In this document: piece after piece, positions 19,449 to 30,707 of the stretch
Layout: the number at the start of each line of letters is the position of its first letter
Numbering within the stretch: the stretch's first letter is position 1
Source: an uncultured cyanobacterium
GTDB taxonomy: Bacteria; Cyanobacteriota; Cyanobacteriia; CAKZMO01
Length of the DNA: 64,000 bases
Assembly (NCBI GenBank): GCA_963719515.1
Contig: CAVRCJ010000006.1
Span: 160,001 to 224,000, forward strand
Direction: 5' to 3'
The notes under the pieces: generated by a model
What the model saw: only the letters and a program-made list of their open reading frames with translations
What the model was told of the DNA's origin: nothing
Database searches by the model: none
Program-made: the position numbers and the translations under genes

Positions 19449-20642
19449 ATGCTCTGTTTCCTCGTCTATGCAGCCTCTCCCCAGGAGGGCTTTGGTCTAG
19501 CTATCACCCTAATCTCTCTGCTGGTTGCAGGCTACGCAAGCTACGCAAATGCTGCTTGGACAAGGGCATATACGGCCTCAGCGGGCAGCCCAGGCCTGAG
19601 CTTGGGCCTTTGGTCAAAGTCAGGTTTAATGAGGGCTGTGACTTGGGCTACCGGTACGGTAGCTCAGTACTTTGGCCTACAAATTATCTCAGCGAGCGAA
19701 CTTGAACGGCAGCAAATAGGACTGCGGAACGCCCTGGCAGTTCAGGCGACCCTAAGCACCACGGCTCAGCTACAGCAGCAGGCTTTAAACCAGACCAGGT
19801 TACAGCTGCAGGATATGGAGCGCCAGCTGGTTCAGGCCGAGAAGCTAGCGGGTCTAGGACAGCGCGTTGCCGAGGTTGCCCACGACATTAACAACCCTCT
19901 CGGCTTTGTCCATGGCAATCTGACGTTTATCGAGCAGTATGTCCAGAGCTTGACTGCGCTGATTGAGGTCTATCAACGGCACTGTCCTGCCCAATGTGCT
20001 CCAGTTGAGGCGCTGATCGACGAGATTGGGCTCCCGTTTATTCAGCAAGATCTGCCCGAAGCGTTGGCCTCTGTGCAAATCGGAGTTGAGCGCATTCGAG
20101 TTATCGCTCAGTCGCTAACGCGATACGCGCGTCGAGACGAAGCCGACCCAAAGCCAATTGACATCCAGGAAGGCATTGACACCGCATTGCTGATGCTACG
20201 TCACCGGTTTGTTAGCTCAGGATCCCACCATTGTCCGATCGCCCTCACCAAAACCTACGGCGATCTGCCTCCTGTCTACGGCTTTTCGAGTGAGATCACC
20301 CAAGTGATCACGAATATTGTCTCCAACGGCATCGACGCGCTTTGCGAATCGTCTCAGCCTACACCGGCCATTCACATCCAAACCCGCCAGCTTGATCCAG
20401 CCTGGATTCGAATCACGATTTCAGATAATGGTCCAGGCATGAGCTCAGAGACTCAAAGCAAGGTTTTTGAGCCGTTTTTCACGACCAAACCTGCGGGTCA
20501 GGGGACGGGACTGGGTCTGGCCATCAGCCGCCAAATTGTTGTAGAGCGGCATCGAGGAAGATTGTGTAGTCACTCTAGCCCGAACGGAACGGCCTTCGAC
20601 ATTGACTTACCCGTTCATCCTGCGGCTGCTCCGACCTCGTAA
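19449..20642 (+). CDS. sensor histidine kinase
   Basis: H-box EVAHDINNPL, N-box NIVSNGIDA, DNGPG, FEPFFTTK and GTGLGL. Confidence 0.9.
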   Translation: MLCFLVYAASPQEGFGLAITLISLLVAGYASYANAAWTRAYTASAGSPGLSLGLWSKSGLMRAVTWATGTVAQYFGLQIISASELERQQIGLRNALAVQATLSTTAQLQQQALNQTRLQLQDMERQLVQAEKLAGLGQRVAEVAHDINNPLGFVHGNLTFIEQYVQSLTALIEVYQRHCPAQCAPVEALIDEIGLPFIQQDLPEALASVQIGVERIRVIAQSLTRYARRDEADPKPIDIQEGIDTALLMLRHRFVSSGSHHCPIALTKTYGDLPPVYGFSSEITQVITNIVSNGIDALCESSQPTPAIHIQTRQLDPAWIRITISDNGPGMSSETQSKVFEPFFTTKPAGQGTGLGLAISRQIVVERHRGRLCSHSSPNGTAFDIDLPVHPAAAPTS

Positions 20643-20699
20643 CGGGACTGCGCCTCAGCAATACCGACGCTATATTACAAAGGTCGCGATCGCTCTAGC

Positions 20700-21686
20700 A
20701 TGTCCCATCCCCTTTCCGTTGCCGCAGTTTGGGTCACGGCGGCAGTCCTCGACTACGGCATTGGCGATCCCTGGAGCTGGCTGCACCCCGTCCAGGTGAT
20801 GGGTTGGCTCATTCAGCGATACGTAAACATAATTTTTGCCTTGACGCTGCCGCCCGCCGCGGAGCGCATTGCTGGGGTGGGGCTGGCGCTAGGGTTAGTT
20901 TTTGGCAGCGCTGCGGCAGGTTGGGGAATACACGTCTTGGCAGGGGCTCTTCATCCCGCTCTCGCCTTGGGCCTCGACAGCGTTTTACTGGCCAGCTGCC
21001 TTGCCGCCCGCAGCCTCAGGGACGCCGCCAACGACGTCCTCAAGCCCCTGGCCCAGAACGATCTTGCAGCCGCACGCGATCGCTTGAGCCGCTATGTCGG
21101 TCGAGACACAGCAGAGCTTTACGAGCCGGACATCCTGCGCGCCGTGCTAGAAACGGTGAGCGAAAATGCCACTGACGGCGTCATGGCTCCCCTGTTTTAC
21201 GGGCTAGTGGGTATGGCAACGCCCCTGGGAGGGGTATCGCTGGCGCTAGGCTATAAGGCTGCGAGTACTCTGGACTCGATGGTGGGCTATAAAAGGCCGC
21301 CCTTCACCTACATCGGCTGGGGCAGCGCCAGGCTAGAAGATGCCTTGACGTGGTTTCCCTGCCGGCTGACGGTGGTTACGGTTGGAATGCTGTCGGGCCA
21401 GCTGCGCCGCGTTGTGCAGTGCTGCCGTCGAGACGCCGTCCATGATCCCAGCCCCAACGCAGGCTGGAGCGAATGTGCCTATGCCGCCGCCCTCAACGTT
21501 CAGATGGGAGGCTTGAATTATTATCACGGCGTCGCCAAGGCAAAACCCCAGCTCGGTGATGCGCTACAGCCTATTGCGGGTGAGACCGTTTCCCAGGCGC
21601 TACAGCTGACGCGCTACAGCGTCCTGACCTGGCTAGCAGTGGCATTAGCAAGCTTGGCACTCTGGAGTATTGCTACGGCGGCGTAG
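20700..21686 (+). CDS. cbiB: adenosylcobinamide-phosphate synthase CbiB/CobD
   Basis: GDP...HPV, YVGRDT, ETVSENATDGVMAPLFY, STLDSMVGY and SPNAGWSE. Confidence 0.93.
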   Translation: MSHPLSVAAVWVTAAVLDYGIGDPWSWLHPVQVMGWLIQRYVNIIFALTLPPAAERIAGVGLALGLVFGSAAAGWGIHVLAGALHPALALGLDSVLLASCLAARSLRDAANDVLKPLAQNDLAAARDRLSRYVGRDTAELYEPDILRAVLETVSENATDGVMAPLFYGLVGMATPLGGVSLALGYKAASTLDSMVGYKRPPFTYIGWGSARLEDALTWFPCRLTVVTVGMLSGQLRRVVQCCRRDAVHDPSPNAGWSECAYAAALNVQMGGLNYYHGVAKAKPQLGDALQPIAGETVSQALQLTRYSVLTWLAVALASLALWSIATAA

Positions 21687-21695
21687 GGGCAAATG

Positions 21696-21914
21696 CTACT
21701 CGTCTTCCCAGGTGTCGACGGAGAGCAGGTCTGCGATGGGATCCTGCATGGCGAACCCAAACTCTAAAAGCTCGGCTTTCCAATGGGCCCAGTCGTCTCC
21801 ATACAGGAGCGCGATTTTCCACAGCTGGTCTGATCCTTTGACAGCGGTAGAGTCAACGAGTGACTTGACCTGCCGCTGGAACTTCACCATCGGGTGAATA
21901 ACCGGGTGGTTCAT
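21696..21914 (-). CDS. DUF4327-like small cyanobacterial protein
   Basis: HPMVKFQRQVKSLV...LWKIALLYGDDW..WKAELLEFGF.MQDPI.DLL. Confidence 0.75.
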   Translation of the reverse strand: MNHPVIHPMVKFQRQVKSLVDSTAVKGSDQLWKIALLYGDDWAHWKAELLEFGFAMQDPIADLLSVDTWEDE

Positions 21915-22240
21915 ATCTTGATAAGTATCCTAAGTGAACTTAAATTCTAAATGCGTCAACCATTACAGCTCGTCTGTTGACTCTAAAGCTGACGTTCATT
22001 ACGCCTTAGCAGCTTTGAAAATCGGACAAGACAGTGCAGCAATGCTTGAGCTGCTGAGCTACAATAACACACTGTGCTCGTTCTCTATCCTAACGATGTT
22101 TTAAGCGATTGGTATTGCTTAAGCTATTCGTCTTTTGTATAGAAGAACACACCTGAAATTAGAAAGTTCAATCTGTGACCCCATTGCTGTACCTTGTGTA
22201 TAATTAAGGTTTTGGGCTTGATTTTTAGAGAGGAAGGTTA

Positions 22241-22849
22241 ATGTCGCGATATCGAGGTCCCCGCCTCAGAGTAGTACGCCGGTTGGGAGAGCTTCCAGGG
22301 TTGACCCGCAAGAGCGCTCGCCGTGCGTATCCCCCTGGTCAACATGGTCAGGCTCGCCGTAAGCGCTCTGAATACGCGGTGAGATTGGAGGAAAAGCAAA
22401 AGCTTCGCTTCAACTACGGTCTGACTGAGCGTCAGCTGCTCCGCTATGTGAAGCGCGCCCGTCGCGCTACTGGTTCTACAGGTCAGGTGCTGCTGCAGCT
22501 TTTAGAGATGCGGTTGGACAACACCATTTTCCGGCTGGGCATGGCCCCAACGATTCCATCGGCTCGCCAGCTCGTCAACCACGGCCACATTATGGTGAAC
22601 GGTCGCCGGGTTGATATTCCCAGCTATCAGTGCCGCCCAGGTGACGTGGTCAACGTCCGCGATCGCGATCGCTCTAAGGAGCTGGTGGAGGCCAATCTAC
22701 AGTTTCCTGGTTTGGCTAACTTGCCCAACCACCTAGAGTTTGATAAGGCCAAGCTAGAGGGTAAGGTTAACGGGGTCATTGACCGCGAATGGATTGCCCT
22801 GCAGATTAACGAACTGCTGGTGGTTGAGTACTACTCCCGTCAAGCTTAG
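22241..22849 (+). CDS. rpsD: 30S ribosomal protein S4
   Basis: [26 protein letters not shown] and LVVEYYSR. Confidence 0.99.
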   Translation: MSRYRGPRLRVVRRLGELPGLTRKSARRAYPPGQHGQARRKRSEYAVRLEEKQKLRFNYGLTERQLLRYVKRARRATGSTGQVLLQLLEMRLDNTIFRLGMAPTIPSARQLVNHGHIMVNGRRVDIPSYQCRPGDVVNVRDRDRSKELVEANLQFPGLANLPNHLEFDKAKLEGKVNGVIDREWIALQINELLVVEYYSRQA

Positions 22850-22932
22850 GATCGAATGGGCTGTGTGCTATTGTCCGCCACGCCTTGGCTGCGGGTGGGA
22901 TAGCCGCAGCGTCTATTCACTGGCTTGATCAA

Positions 22933-23919
22933 TTAACCCCCTATCTGCGACATGGTGCGGCCATATTGGCCGCTCGCCGTGCCGCTCTCCCGCTGCTTAA
23001 AGTTGATATCGGGCTTGATGTGGATGAGGTTCTGGACCTGCTCCCGTAGCTCGGCCATCGGCGCCCCCGCTCTGAGAGCCGACTTGAGGTCAAGTTGGTC
23101 TGTTTCATTGAGTAGGCAGGGCCGCAGCCAGCCGTCTGCGGAGAGCCGCATGCGGTTGCAGCGATCGCAAAAGCATTCCGACATTTGGCTGATAAACCCC
23201 ACGGTGCCCCGAGCGCCGGGAATTTGGAAGACGTCGGCGGGGCCATTTCCGGTGACCTGTCCTGTGGTCAGTCCCCACCGCTCCCGAATTTGCTGACGCA
23301 GGGTTTCAGAGGCGATCCACTGGCGATCGCCAAATAGCTCAGGGTTGCCGATGGGCATGAATTCAATAAATCTTACGTGCCACTCCTGCTCTAGGGTAAG
23401 GGCGGCGAGGTCGAGCACTTCACCGTCGTTGACCCCTGGGATCACGACCACGTTCAGCTTCAGCGGGTTGAACCCGACCTGATGGGCGACCTGAATGCCC
23501 TGCCACACCTGCTGCCAGCGCAGCGGGCTCTTGCCGCCGGTGATGCGAGTAAAGGTGTCGGGGTTAAGGGAATCCAGGCTGATGTTGAGGCGGCGCAGCC
23601 CAGCGGCGTAGAGGTCCGAGGCGACCTCCGCCAGGCGGAAGCCGTTGGTGGTCAGGGCGAGATCCTGGGTCTGGGGCAATTCGGCAATCTGCCGTACCAC
23701 CTCGACCACGTCGCGGCGCAGCAGGGGCTCGCCTCCGGTCAAGCGAAATCGGGTAAACCCACAGGGAATAAACACCTCTTTGAGCAGCCGCAGCAGCTCG
23801 CTCTGGCTCAGCCAGTCTTCGCGGGCGGCGTAGGTGATAGCCTCACCCTCAGGCATGCAGTACTGGCACCGGAAATTGCAGCGATCGATGAGGCTGACGC
23901 GCAGGTAGTCGATAGTCAT
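22933..23919 (-). CDS. moaA: GTP 3',8-cyclase
   Basis: [28 protein letters not shown] and MSQIGG C-terminus. Confidence 0.97.
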   Translation of the reverse strand: MTIDYLRVSLIDRCNFRCQYCMPEGEAITYAAREDWLSQSELLRLLKEVFIPCGFTRFRLTGGEPLLRRDVVEVVRQIAELPQTQDLALTTNGFRLAEVASDLYAAGLRRLNISLDSLNPDTFTRITGGKSPLRWQQVWQGIQVAHQVGFNPLKLNVVVIPGVNDGEVLDLAALTLEQEWHVRFIEFMPIGNPELFGDRQWIASETLRQQIRERWGLTTGQVTGNGPADVFQIPGARGTVGFISQMSECFCDRCNRMRLSADGWLRPCLLNETDQLDLKSALRAGAPMAELREQVQNLIHIKPDINFKQRESGTASGQYGRTMSQIGG

Positions 23920-24062
23920 AAGCCGAGAACCAGGGAGAAGGGAACGCTGCCGCGACGGGGACCGCCACGCCGATAGAACTAGGGACTGCTAGAATACCGA
24001 TTTCCGATGATTGTAGCGTAGCCCTCTTTCTATCACTGCCGTCCTAGCACCGACAGTTCTCT

Positions 24063-25205
24063 ATGGTCAACCTCCCTCGCTCAGGCTATACCCTCCCCGT
24101 GTTCGCCTGCGGCGCAGCGGTTGCCGCCCTCAAATCGCTGCAGGCAACGCCAGGGGCGATCGCTTCTGAGCCCCTGCCCTCAGTCAGCATTGATCTCATC
24201 ACCCCCCCTCAAAGGGTTGATATTGCCGTCGAGCAGGTGGCGCGACTCGATAGCGACTCGGCCCTAGCTGTCACCCGCAGTCAGCCAGGGGACAACCTAG
24301 ACATCACCCGCGACACGCCAGTTTGGGCCTGGGTGCGCTGGGCCAGTTCAGCGCAAGTAGATCCCATTACAATCCTAGGCGGGGAGGGGCTGGGCCAGCA
24401 GGCCGACAGCGGAAAGCCCGCTATCTATCGCTACGCCCAGCAGCTCCTGCAGACCAATCTTTTAGGCCAGCTCCGGCCCGGCGAGCGGATTCAGGTCACC
24501 CTCATCCTGCCCGAAGGGCGGCAGCTCGCTGAGCGGACCTCCAACAGCGCCTTTGGCATCGTCGACGGACTTTCCCTGCTGGGCACCTCCGGCATCGCCC
24601 AGCCCCTCAGCGCCCCCCAGCAGTTGGATCAATATCGTCAGGCCCTGCAGCGATCGCCCTACCGAGACTGCTTGGTGCTGTGCATCGGGGAGAACGGCCT
24701 GGACCTCGCGCGGCAGATGGGTATAGACGCGGCGCGATCGCTCAAAACGGCGAACTGGATCGGCCCTATGCTGGTGGAAGCCGCTGCCCAAGGGGTTGAG
24801 TCGATTGTGCTGCTGGGCTATCACGGCAAGCTGCTGAAGCTGGCCGGAGGAATTTTTCATACCCACCACCATTTGGCCGATGGACGACAGGAGATTTTGG
24901 CAGCCTACAGCGCGGAGATGGGATTGCCCACCGCTGAGGTACGGGCCGTATTGGCTAGCCCTACGGCGGAAGCAGCGCTAGGGTATCTACGTGATTTGGG
25001 GTTACCCCCCGAAGCAGACCTTGCCCAAAGCTGGGCCGATGCCATCTATCAGCGAATTGCCGCCCGCATTGAGCAGCGCTCCCGCGACTATATCTATCAG
25101 CTCGCTCAGCGCCGAGTCTCCGTCGGGTGCTTGCTCTTTGATCGGCAGCGCCACACCGTAGTGAAGGGAGAAATTGCTGCCGCACTTCTTCCTCAAGTTT
25201 GCTAA
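24063..25205 (+). CDS. cbiD: cobalt-precorrin-5B C1-methyltransferase
   Basis: RSGYTLPVFA, RTSNSAFGIVDGLSLLGTSG and GYHGKLLKLAGGIFHTH. Confidence 0.95.
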   Translation: MVNLPRSGYTLPVFACGAAVAALKSLQATPGAIASEPLPSVSIDLITPPQRVDIAVEQVARLDSDSALAVTRSQPGDNLDITRDTPVWAWVRWASSAQVDPITILGGEGLGQQADSGKPAIYRYAQQLLQTNLLGQLRPGERIQVTLILPEGRQLAERTSNSAFGIVDGLSLLGTSGIAQPLSAPQQLDQYRQALQRSPYRDCLVLCIGENGLDLARQMGIDAARSLKTANWIGPMLVEAAAQGVESIVLLGYHGKLLKLAGGIFHTHHHLADGRQEILAAYSAEMGLPTAEVRAVLASPTAEAALGYLRDLGLPPEADLAQSWADAIYQRIAARIEQRSRDYIYQLAQRRVSVGCLLFDRQRHTVVKGEIAAALLPQVC

Positions 25206-25498
25206 GCTGATTTAATACATATTTATATTTGAAAGGCCTGCCGCTGAAGACTGCACTCACGCATTCGAGATAATGCGCCCAAGTCTGCCAGTTCAAGCCA
25301 GCTCACCTCACTTCACAGCCATTATCGAGGGTCTGCATCTCCGTTCAACGCAGACTTAAAGCCCCTCTAGCGATCCGCTAACCCATGAGCGATCGCCCAC
25401 AGTTGGGCTAACTCTCGTGTAGATCGATGAGTTAACTCCCCCCTTACCCCTATAGCCGCACCTACGGTTTAGCGCCCATCTACATAGCAGGTAACCCA

Positions 25499-27106
25499 GT
25501 GTCTCTACACACCGAACAATCGCCTTCCCAAGCGATCGCCACCGCCATCAACCGTCAGATGATCGTCATCTTGGATTTTGGCTCTCAGTATTCTGAGCTG
25601 ATCGCGCGTCGTATTCGGGAAACTCAAGTCTACTCAGAGGTTTTGTCCTACCGGACGTCGGCAGAGCAGCTGAGACAGCTCAGCCCCAGGGGCATTATTC
25701 TCTCTGGTGGACCTAGTTCGGTGTACGCGCCGGGTGCGCCCCACTGCGACCCTGAGATCTGGAACATGGGCCTCCCAATTCTGGGCGTGTGCTACGGCAT
25801 GCAGCTCATGGTTCAGCAGCTGGGCGGCGACGTCTGTCAGGCGGACCGGGGTGAATATGGCAAGGCATCCCTCTTCATTGACGACCCCACGGACCTGCTG
25901 ACCAACGTCGCTGAGGGGTCGACCATGTGGATGAGCCATGGAGATTCGGTAACGCGGTTGCCCGACGGGTTTGAACAGCTCGCCCACACCGATAACACCC
26001 CCTGTGCGGCGATCGCCCATCCCCAGCGGAAGCTATACGGCGTCCAGTTTCACCCAGAGGTGGTTCACTCTACCGGCGGCAGCGCGCTGATTCGTAACTT
26101 TGTCTACCACGTCTGCAGCTGCGAGCCGACTTGGACGACAGAAGCCTTTGTGGACGAGTCCATCCGTGAGATTCGGGCCAAGGTGGGAGACAAGCGAGTG
26201 CTGCTGGCTCTCTCGGGCGGCGTTGACTCTTCGACCCTGGCGTTTCTTTTGCACCGGGCCATCGGCGACCAGCTCACCTGCATGTTTATTGACCAAGGCT
26301 TTATGCGTAAGGACGAGCCCGAAAGGCTCGTAGAGCTCTTCGAGCGGCGATTCCATATTCCGGTGGTTCACGTCAAAGCTGGCGATCGCTTTCTCAAGCA
26401 AGTCGAGGGAATCACCGACCCAGAAGAAAAGCGCAAGCGCATCGGTCACGAGTTTATCCAGGTGTTTGAAGAGCAGTCGCGGGATTTGGGTCCCTTTGAC
26501 TATCTTGCTCAGGGTACCCTCTACCCCGACGTCATTGAGTCGGCTGACACCAACGTCGATCCAAAAACCGGCGAACGCGTCGCCGTCAAGATTAAGAGTC
26601 ATCACAACGTCGGCGGCTTGCCTAAAGACCTCAGATTTAAGCTGGTTGAACCTTTACGAAAGCTGTTCAAAGATGAGGTGCGCCGCGTCGGTCGCTCGAT
26701 TAGCCTGCCGGAGGAAATCGTGCGCCGTCATCCCTTCCCCGGACCGGGGCTGGCCATTCGCATTATCGGGGAAGTGACGGAAGAGCGCCTTGAAATTTTG
26801 CGGGAAGCAGATTACATTGTGCGAGAGGAAATCAGCAGCTGCGGCATGTACCATGACTTTTGGCAGGCCTTTGCCGTGCTGCTTCCCGTTCGCAGCGTTG
26901 GCGTCATGGGAGACCAGCGCACCTATGCCTATCCCATTGTGCTGCGGCTGATTTCTAGCGAGGATGGCATGACGGCGGACTGGTCTCGAGTTCCTTACGA
27001 CCTGCTAGAGCGGCTCTCGACGCGCATTGTCAATGAAGTCGCCGGAGTGAATCGCGTGGTCTATGACATCACGTCGAAGCCCCCCGGAACTATCGAGTGG
27101 GAGTAG
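25499..27106 (+). CDS. guaA: GMP synthase (glutamine-hydrolysing)
   Basis: [34 protein letters not shown] and [10 protein letters not shown]. Confidence 0.99.
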   Translation: MSLHTEQSPSQAIATAINRQMIVILDFGSQYSELIARRIRETQVYSEVLSYRTSAEQLRQLSPRGIILSGGPSSVYAPGAPHCDPEIWNMGLPILGVCYGMQLMVQQLGGDVCQADRGEYGKASLFIDDPTDLLTNVAEGSTMWMSHGDSVTRLPDGFEQLAHTDNTPCAAIAHPQRKLYGVQFHPEVVHSTGGSALIRNFVYHVCSCEPTWTTEAFVDESIREIRAKVGDKRVLLALSGGVDSSTLAFLLHRAIGDQLTCMFIDQGFMRKDEPERLVELFERRFHIPVVHVKAGDRFLKQVEGITDPEEKRKRIGHEFIQVFEEQSRDLGPFDYLAQGTLYPDVIESADTNVDPKTGERVAVKIKSHHNVGGLPKDLRFKLVEPLRKLFKDEVRRVGRSISLPEEIVRRHPFPGPGLAIRIIGEVTEERLEILREADYIVREEISSCGMYHDFWQAFAVLLPVRSVGVMGDQRTYAYPIVLRLISSEDGMTADWSRVPYDLLERLSTRIVNEVAGVNRVVYDITSKPPGTIEWE

Positions 27107-27170
27107 CTAAACTTCTTTCAGAAGCGTCGCGCGGATTTGCTATAAATCATTAGTTCAGCTGCAGGGTCAT

Positions 27171-27224
27171 CTGTGGAAAACTCCGCTTTGCCTGTGGAAA
27201 ACTCCGCTTTGCCTGTGGAAAACT
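27171..27224. repeat. 21-bp tandem repeat carrying three cyanobacterial-type DnaA boxes
   Basis: CTGTGGAAAACTCCGCTTTGC x2.5; TGTGGAAAA (= TTTTCCACA) at 27172, 27193 and 27214. Confidence 0.7.
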
Positions 27225-27351
27225 TGTCTGGGACAAAGAAGTCGACGGGATAGGGCTCCGGTACGACGTTAGAATACGGGGTGTAAACCTCTGACAAAGT
27301 TTAACGCTGTCTTCGTTAGCCCTTGTTGTTGTCACCGTTGAGTTTAGTCAC

Positions 27352-28836
27352 ATGCCGGGACCGTTTGAGACCTCTGATCCAAGCCGTCAAACCGACGCCC
27401 CCTCCAATAGTGCAGCTGACGCAACGGACAACCCGTTCGAAGCAGGTTTGCCGGGTCGTCGTCGCAAAGCGGCTGTCACTTTAACGGCAGTGTGGAGCAG
27501 CACCATCGCCCTCCACATTATTCCGGGGGGAACTTGGATCGTGATCGGGCTAACGGCTCTAATCGGCGTTCACCTGGTGCGGGCTATGTTTGCCCCATTT
27601 CTGGTGGTGCCAAGACCTTTGGGGGAATCAGCGGACTATCCCTACATCTCGCTGCTCGTTGCCGCCAAGAATGAAGAGGCCGTCGTTGCCGATTTAATCA
27701 AGAATTTATGCAATTTAGACTATCCCGCTGAGCAATACGACGTCTGGCTCATCGACGATTACAGCACCGATCAAACGCCAGAGATTTTGGACCGCCTGTG
27801 TCAGGTTTATCCCAACCTCAATGTGATTCACCGGTCTGAGAACTCGGGGGGCGGCAAGTCAGGGGCGCTCAATCAGGTCTGGCCGCTAACGCAGGCCGAT
27901 ATCATGGCCGTGTTCGATGCTGATGCCCAGGTTCCCTCTGACCTGCTTCGCCGCGTCGTGCCGCTCTTTGACCAGTCCGAAGTGGGAGCGGTTCAGGTGC
28001 GAAAAGCGATCGCCAACTGGCCTACAAACTTTTGGACCCGAGCCCAAAGTGGGGAGATGCTGCTCGACAGCTACGTCCAAGAGCGGCGCATCGCCATCGG
28101 AGGGATGGGAGAGCTGCGGGGCAACGGGCAGTTCGTTCGCCGCGCCGCGATTGAGGACTGTCACGGCTGGAACGAAGAGACCATTACCGATGATCTTGAC
28201 CTCACCCTACGGCTGCACCTCAACCGCTGGGATATCTTGCACCTGCCCGATTCTGCTGTGGGGGAAGAAGGCGTTACGGATATTACGGGACTTTGGCACC
28301 AGCGCAACCGCTGGGCTGAGGGAGGATACCAGCGCTACTTGGACTACTGGCGACTGATTGTTCAAAATCGGTTGGGGACGCGAAAGACCCTCGACATGGC
28401 CGTGTTCTGGGTTATTCAGTATCTGATCCCCACCACAGTGCTGCCCGATGTGCTGATGGCGATCGCCCGAAATCGCCTGCCGGTCTTTAGCGCGCTGACT
28501 ACCCTGGCGACGAGCTTCTCTGTAGTCGGCGTAACCTTGCAGCAGTGGCGACTTCATCGCTCGGCCCGTGCTAGCCTGCAGCCTACCCTGGCTCCACAAG
28601 GGAAAGCGTCAGCCCCCACCCTATCCAAGCTGCCAGATTTGCCCGACCAGCGGCTGATTGCAGGGATAACGATTCTCTTTCGCAGCCTGCGAACAACCCT
28701 ATATATGCTGCACTGGATGGTAGTCATCGCAAGCACCTCGCTTCGAATCTCAATTCGGCCAAAGCGCTTAAAATGGATCAAAACGGTGCATCGGGGTAGT
28801 AGAGATGACGATAGCAGCGTTTTGATTAACCTATAG
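27352..28836 (+). CDS. mgdA: GT2 glycosyltransferase, monoglucosyldiacylglycerol synthase
   Basis: GRRRKAA N-terminus, LVAAKNE, GGKSGALN, FDADA, GELRGNGQ, TDDLD and QRNRW. Confidence 0.82.
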   Translation: MPGPFETSDPSRQTDAPSNSAADATDNPFEAGLPGRRRKAAVTLTAVWSSTIALHIIPGGTWIVIGLTALIGVHLVRAMFAPFLVVPRPLGESADYPYISLLVAAKNEEAVVADLIKNLCNLDYPAEQYDVWLIDDYSTDQTPEILDRLCQVYPNLNVIHRSENSGGGKSGALNQVWPLTQADIMAVFDADAQVPSDLLRRVVPLFDQSEVGAVQVRKAIANWPTNFWTRAQSGEMLLDSYVQERRIAIGGMGELRGNGQFVRRAAIEDCHGWNEETITDDLDLTLRLHLNRWDILHLPDSAVGEEGVTDITGLWHQRNRWAEGGYQRYLDYWRLIVQNRLGTRKTLDMAVFWVIQYLIPTTVLPDVLMAIARNRLPVFSALTTLATSFSVVGVTLQQWRLHRSARASLQPTLAPQGKASAPTLSKLPDLPDQRLIAGITILFRSLRTTLYMLHWMVVIASTSLRISIRPKRLKWIKTVHRGSRDDDSSVLINL

Positions 28837-28888
28837 AGACTGCCCCGCTGACGCTGCATGAGATTACCGCGCTATAGATCTGTTCTTG

Positions 28889-29713
28889 ATGGGACGAACT
28901 GAATCCATAACCCAGACCTTCTCGGCCCTCTGCTTTCTTGCAGCTGGCCTACTGTTTGGCGGTCGCGTTTTCTCTAGCGTTTTCTCCTCTAGCCTGCCTG
29001 CTGAGGCGAGTGCCCGGGCAGATTTTTCTTCAAGGTTAGGGGCGTTGGATGGAGGCCAAGCCTTTCAAGAAGTGCGAGATACCTCTCAGTTTGACGAGAG
29101 CGCTTTTGCGGATAGCTCCGCGACAGCCCCGATACAGCATCAAGCGGCACGTCAGCCCGATGCAGTGTCCGCTGCGCTACCGGCGAGCAGCCCTGGGGAG
29201 GAGGCCAAATCTGCCGCCGCGCCTGAACAGCCGCTGCATTCTGGCATAGCTTCGGTATTGCCCCTAGCCCGCTCCGCCCTAGAGACGCTGCCCGCAACCG
29301 CTAGCGTTGCTGCGGGCGCTACTACGGCAGATTTGGCCGTGGTAGATTTGAGCGATCGCCGCGTCTATCTCTACCGCAATGATGAGATTTTGGCAGATTA
29401 TTCCATTGCCGTGGGCCGGACGCATTGGGAAACGCCAACGGGCGAATTTCGCGTCATTGAGAAGCAGGAAAATCCCGTATGGCGACATCCCTTTACCCGT
29501 GAGCTTGTGATGCCGGGTGCGGATAATCCGTTGGGCACGCACTGGGTCGGGTTTTGGAGCAATGGGACGCACCAGATTGGCTTTCACGGCACGAATCAGG
29601 TCGATGCTATCGGGCAGGCCATTTCCCACGGCTGCATTCGGATGCAAAACGCGGACGTTCAAACCCTCTACGCGCTCCTGCCGATGGGATCAGCGGTTAC
29701 CGTTCGCCAGTAG
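28889..29713 (+). CDS. L,D-transpeptidase (YkuD) family protein
   Basis: VVDLSDRRV, IAVGR..WETPTG, IGFHGT and SHGCIRM. Confidence 0.92.
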   Translation: MGRTESITQTFSALCFLAAGLLFGGRVFSSVFSSSLPAEASARADFSSRLGALDGGQAFQEVRDTSQFDESAFADSSATAPIQHQAARQPDAVSAALPASSPGEEAKSAAAPEQPLHSGIASVLPLARSALETLPATASVAAGATTADLAVVDLSDRRVYLYRNDEILADYSIAVGRTHWETPTGEFRVIEKQENPVWRHPFTRELVMPGADNPLGTHWVGFWSNGTHQIGFHGTNQVDAIGQAISHGCIRMQNADVQTLYALLPMGSAVTVRQ

Positions 29714-29734
29714 AGCCCTTAAACCAAGGCTTTG

Positions 29735-30589
29735 TCACTGCAGGTCATCGGGTTCCTCAAGGGGAAGCGCCTGCTTCTGAGGCTCGGCCTGAGGAATCTC
29801 GATCTCAATTGCCTCTTCGATAGCCTCCTCTGTCGGCAAAGCTCGTAGATCGGGAAGCTCGATCTTCTCTTGAGGCTTTTCCTTTAAGTTCAGCGGCACG
29901 GAGAGAGGCTGGTCGAGCCAGCAGCTTGCCGTCGGTAGGGTGTGCTCTAAGTCTTCTAGCGGCCTCGGAATGATCATTACGGAGTGAAGCTCGCCAATGC
30001 GCTCTGCCTCCTGCATCCCTCGCTCAATGGCAATGGTGACGTCAGCGACGTTGCCGCGAATGATAGCGGTGCATAGGCCCGATCCAATCAGCTCGTAGGA
30101 GGCGAGATGCACCTCAGCAGACTTAAGCATGGCATCGGCTGCGCCCACCATGGCCGGAAATCCTCGCGTTTCCAGCAGCCCCACGGCCTGCTTGCTGAGC
30201 CGGCTGTAGCCTCGATCTTCCACAAGCCTCGCTAGCTTGCTGCCAATAGGCAACACGGCGTCTAGGTTGGGCAAAGGGCGGGGAATCACTGATTTGGAGA
30301 CGAATTGACCAAACTGCTCTGCGATCTCTGCGCCGCTCTCTACCGCAATCTTGACGTCAGAAAAACGTCCTCGGACCACGGCAGTGCAGTATCCGCTGCC
30401 AATCTTTTCGTAGCCTAATAAAGTGACGCTGGCGGACTTGAGCATCATGTCCGCCGTACCGATGATGGCCGGGAAGCTACAGGTGGAAACAAGACCTAAG
30501 GCCATGTTGGCAAAGTCTGGACGACGCTGCGACGCATCCGACTGAGATGCTGCCCGAGACGCTATATTTTTAGACGCCATGTTTGCCAT
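29735..30589 (-). CDS. ccmO: carboxysome tandem-BMC shell protein CcmO
   Basis: two BMC domains; last gene of the ccm operon. Confidence 0.93.
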   Translation of the reverse strand: MANMASKNIASRAASQSDASQRRPDFANMALGLVSTCSFPAIIGTADMMLKSASVTLLGYEKIGSGYCTAVVRGRFSDVKIAVESGAEIAEQFGQFVSKSVIPRPLPNLDAVLPIGSKLARLVEDRGYSRLSKQAVGLLETRGFPAMVGAADAMLKSAEVHLASYELIGSGLCTAIIRGNVADVTIAIERGMQEAERIGELHSVMIIPRPLEDLEHTLPTASCWLDQPLSVPLNLKEKPQEKIELPDLRALPTEEAIEEAIEIEIPQAEPQKQALPLEEPDDLQ

Positions 30590-30707
30590 AAATTTTCACC
30601 GTCAGTGCCATACACCAGTAGTGCTCTAGCGCGATCGCTTCCCAAATTCAGGGCCTGAGCTACCTAACCTTACCTTTTGAGAAATTTGACGAAAAGTCAG
30701 GAGAGGG

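Noticed and set aside
27171..27224. Chromosomal oriC
   Set aside because: Only three boxes, no clear AT-rich unwinding element, and no dnaN/dnaA nearby; reported only as a box cluster.
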